A stretch of DNA of 64,000 bases from Paenibacillus sp. (GTDB lineage: Bacteria; Bacillota; Bacilli; Paenibacillales; Paenibacillaceae), in assembly GCA_039595515.1 (NCBI GenBank), contig JBCNLJ010000010.1, positions 18,197 to 82,196 of the forward strand. The letters are read 5' to 3'. Positions 61,532 through 64,000 of this stretch are shown in pieces. The position numbers were made by a program, and so were the translations under genes. Positions within the stretch are counted from its first letter, which is position 1; the number at the start of each line of letters is the position of its first letter. Under the pieces are notes generated by a model, which saw nothing but the letters and a program-made list of their open reading frames with translations, did not search any database and was not told the origin of the DNA.

Positions 61532-62569
61532 TTATTCCGTAATATAAGCCCCTAGCAAACGAGCCGTATTGATCACCGCATCACTATGTGTACGCTCCAT
61601 TGCATGGGACGCATGTACACCCGGTCCGATCAATGCCGCACGGATGTTATTACCAGCCGACAGTGCTGCTGATGCATCTGAACCATAATGCGGATACACA
61701 TCAAGTGCAAATGGAATGCCTTCGCGTTTTGCCAGCTCTGCCAGCTTGCCGGTCATTTCATAATCATAAGGACCGGAGCTGTCTTTCACACAGATCGACA
61801 CATCCGTTTCCTTACATGACAGATCGTCACCGATACAGCCCATATCGACCGCGATCATCTCATCAATCTCATGCGGAATATGGGCAGCGCCGTGACCGAC
61901 TTCTTCATAGTTGGAAATGAGCAGCTTCACCTGATGTGCAGGCTTCCAGCCGTCTACATGTGCAGATTTCAGTAGACCGAACAGTGCGGCAACGCTCGCT
62001 TTATCATCCAGATGGCGAGATTTGATATAGCCGCTTGGCGTTAGAACCGGACGCGCATCAAAGGCGATATAATCGCCAACTGCGATACCGAGCTTTTCTA
62101 CGTCTTCCTTGGAGGATACAACTTCATCGAGACGAATCTCCATATTTTCTTCTTCACGCTTCAATTCATAAGCATCATCATATACGTGCACCGATGGCTT
62201 TGTTGTCAAAATAGTACCTGTATACACGCGACCATCGCGTGTATGAATCGTACAGTATTCATTTTCGATACTGTTCATCGTAAAGCTACCTACGATGGAG
62301 AAGCGAAGGGTGCCTTCCGATTTGATCGCACGTACCATCGCTCCCAGTGTGTCCACATGAGCGCTTAATGCAATTGTGCGAGAAGGGTCTTTACCCTCCA
62401 GTGTGAGTACGAGTCCGCCTTTGCGGTTCCGTTCAGCCGTTACGCCAAGTGATAGCGCTTCCTGATGCAGACGCTCGATCAGATGATGCGTGTAGCCCGT
62501 AGGGCTTGGCGTTTCCAGCAGTTCTTGGAGCAGGGACAGTGTGTAATCGCGATTAATAGAAATGTTCAT
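61532..62569 (-). CDS. M42 family metallopeptidase (YhfE-like)
   Basis: TPSPTG, SAHVDTLG, SRHLDDKASV, NYEEVGHG, ASHAMERTH. Confidence 0.9.
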   Translation of the reverse strand: MNISINRDYTLSLLQELLETPSPTGYTHHLIERLHQEALSLGVTAERNRKGGLVLTLEGKDPSRTIALSAHVDTLGAMVRAIKSEGTLRFSIVGSFTMNSIENEYCTIHTRDGRVYTGTILTTKPSVHVYDDAYELKREEENMEIRLDEVVSSKEDVEKLGIAVGDYIAFDARPVLTPSGYIKSRHLDDKASVAALFGLLKSAHVDGWKPAHQVKLLISNYEEVGHGAAHIPHEIDEMIAVDMGCIGDDLSCKETDVSICVKDSSGPYDYEMTGKLAELAKREGIPFALDVYPHYGSDASAALSAGNNIRAALIGPGVHASHAMERTHSDAVINTARLLGAYITE

Positions 62570-62785
62570 GATGTTCTCCTTTTTCAAACGGTAAAATGAT
62601 GTACTGTCCATGAGAGGTTACTTATTCACTATACTCTGACAGCCCGGGTGACAACAAGCAATGTAACCAACATATCAGTTTTGCTTATCGTTATCCAGTA
62701 AAAATCCACCTGTCGTATCGCTATTCCAGCGATGCTACAGGTGGATTCATAAGGCAATCCTTGGTATCGTACGATCTGCTCTCTG

Positions 62786-63136
62786 TTACAGCTTGCGATC
62801 CGAGAATGACGAAGCCGTCTCATCATCACGATCATACATTTTATCAAACTCGACATTGCCAACCGGGCCGCTATCCGCTACAGGAGCAGAACCGAGCTGC
62901 GCGATTTGCGCTTCCAGTTGCTTGATTTTGCGCTGTAAAAAGTACTGACGATAGATTCCATAAAATCCTACGATCAGTCCACCTGCGAGTGTACAGCCCA
63001 GAATAAGCAAAATGAGTGGCAACTGAACCACATCAAACAGCAAATTCACCTGCACCGGATTCACATTGATTACCGCAAAAATGGCAATAATTACGGCAAA
63101 AATCAATCCCAAAATTAACGTCCATTGAAATTTCAT
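62786..63136 (-). CDS. LapA/DUF1049-domain small membrane protein
   Basis: IFAVINVNPVQVNLLF, two TMs followed by a coiled coil; AAGGGGA RBS. Confidence 0.8.
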   Translation of the reverse strand: MKFQWTLILGLIFAVIIAIFAVINVNPVQVNLLFDVVQLPLILLILGCTLAGGLIVGFYGIYRQYFLQRKIKQLEAQIAQLGSAPVADSGPVGNVEFDKMYDRDDETASSFSDRKL

Positions 63137-63336
63137 CGAAATCCCCCTTTCAAAATCAATCCTTCTTCCCATCTATCTCATTCAATACTATATAAAGTAA
63201 TTCCTGCTTTCGTACACAGGTATTGCTTGTTAGCTTCATTCCGTCCAGACCAAAACGCGCCTGACAGCAGGAGATTTTCCTGTGCAGACGCGTTTTTTCT
63301 GATTCATTCATCGATTAAAGTTATGCTTGATACATA

Positions 63337-63378
63337 GATTGAGATTGAGATTGAGATTGAGATTGAGATTGAGATTGA
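63337..63378. repeat. Hexanucleotide microsatellite (GATTGA)7
   Basis: Seven exact copies downstream of the pepF stop. Confidence 0.95.
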
Positions 63379-63406
63379 GCTGAACTGAATGTAATTGAAC
63401 GGACGC

Positions 63407-64000
63407 TTACTTCGTCAATTGCTCCATTTCGCTAATCAGGTTTTCAAATACGCTCATCGCTTCGCGGATCGGCTCCGGTGTGGACATGTCCACGCCAGCT
63501 TTCGCCAGAATGTTGATGGAGTAGTCGCTGCCGCCGCTTTTCAGGAAGCCCAGATAACGATCGACTGCCGGCTGTCCTTCCTCCAAAATTTGCTTGGAGA
63601 AGCTAGTTGCTGCCGAGAAGCCTGTCGCATATTTGTACACATAGAAGCTGTTATAAAAGTGCGGAATCCGTGCCCATTCCATCTCGATATCCTGATCCAC
63701 CGCCATGCCTTCACCATGATATTTCACATTCAGATCATAGTAGATCTTAGACAGATCCTGCGGTGTGAGCGATTCGCCTGCTTCGCTACGTGCATGCACG
63801 ATCATCTCAAACTCGGCAAACATCGTTTGACGGAACACCGTTGTACGGAATTGATCCGCATAATAGGTGAGCAGGTACATTTTCTCCTTCGGATCAGTCG
63901 ACTTTTTGAGCAGATAATCCATTAGCAATGCTTCATTGGTCGTTGAAGCGACCTCGGCAAGGAAGATGGTGTACTGGGCATCGCGATAGGAGAGCGCATT
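63407..64000 (-). CDS. pepF: Oligoendopeptidase F (M3B), 5' part outside window
   Basis: IFLAEVASTTNE, FRQTMFAEFE, WARIPHFY, YVYKYATG, GGSDY. Confidence 0.93.
   Translation of the reverse strand, partial: NALSYRDAQYTIFLAEVASTTNEALLMDYLLKKSTDPKEKMYLLTYYADQFRTTVFRQTMFAEFEMIVHARSEAGESLTPQDLSKIYYDLNVKYHGEGMAVDQDIEMEWARIPHFYNSFYVYKYATGFSAATSFSKQILEEGQPAVDRYLGFLKSGGSDYSINILAKAGVDMSTPEPIREAMSVFENLISEMEQLTK

Overview
This is a Paenibacillus-type (Bacillales) chromosomal window of about 50% GC, mostly housekeeping and metabolic genes. Carbohydrate and transport genes: pectinesterase (5'-truncated), GH43 xylosidase, an Opp/Dpp-type ABC transporter, fruRKA, a second fructose-family PTS cluster and araR. 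Other housekeeping genes: rplY/ctc, an LTA synthase, a THUMP RNA methyltransferase, hemE-hemH-hemG, an ABC-F ATPase, thiC with its TPP riboswitch, an M42 peptidase and pepF (truncated by the window end). I found no rRNA, tRNA, CRISPR array, integrase or transposase. Four accessory features stand out. (1) At 33983-37681 a secreted low-complexity protein ends in W-M-N-A-P-P-G-Q-P-P. Its last codons form a hairpin with the Shine-Dalgarno of the next gene, an LPXTG protein with 36-aa repeats. This is the layout of a secretion-monitoring ribosome-arrest system. (2) At 56961-59034 an AT-rich two-gene island (ABC-type ATPase plus a PD-(D/E)XK-like protein) is a candidate anti-phage system. (3) The leader of a Bmr/NorA-type efflux pump contains a 3-codon uORF (MIY) embedded in a terminator stem, followed by a second terminator. 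(4) There is a VbhA-like/Fic toxin-antitoxin pair. All family calls come from motif recognition by eye; no database searches or folding programs were run.
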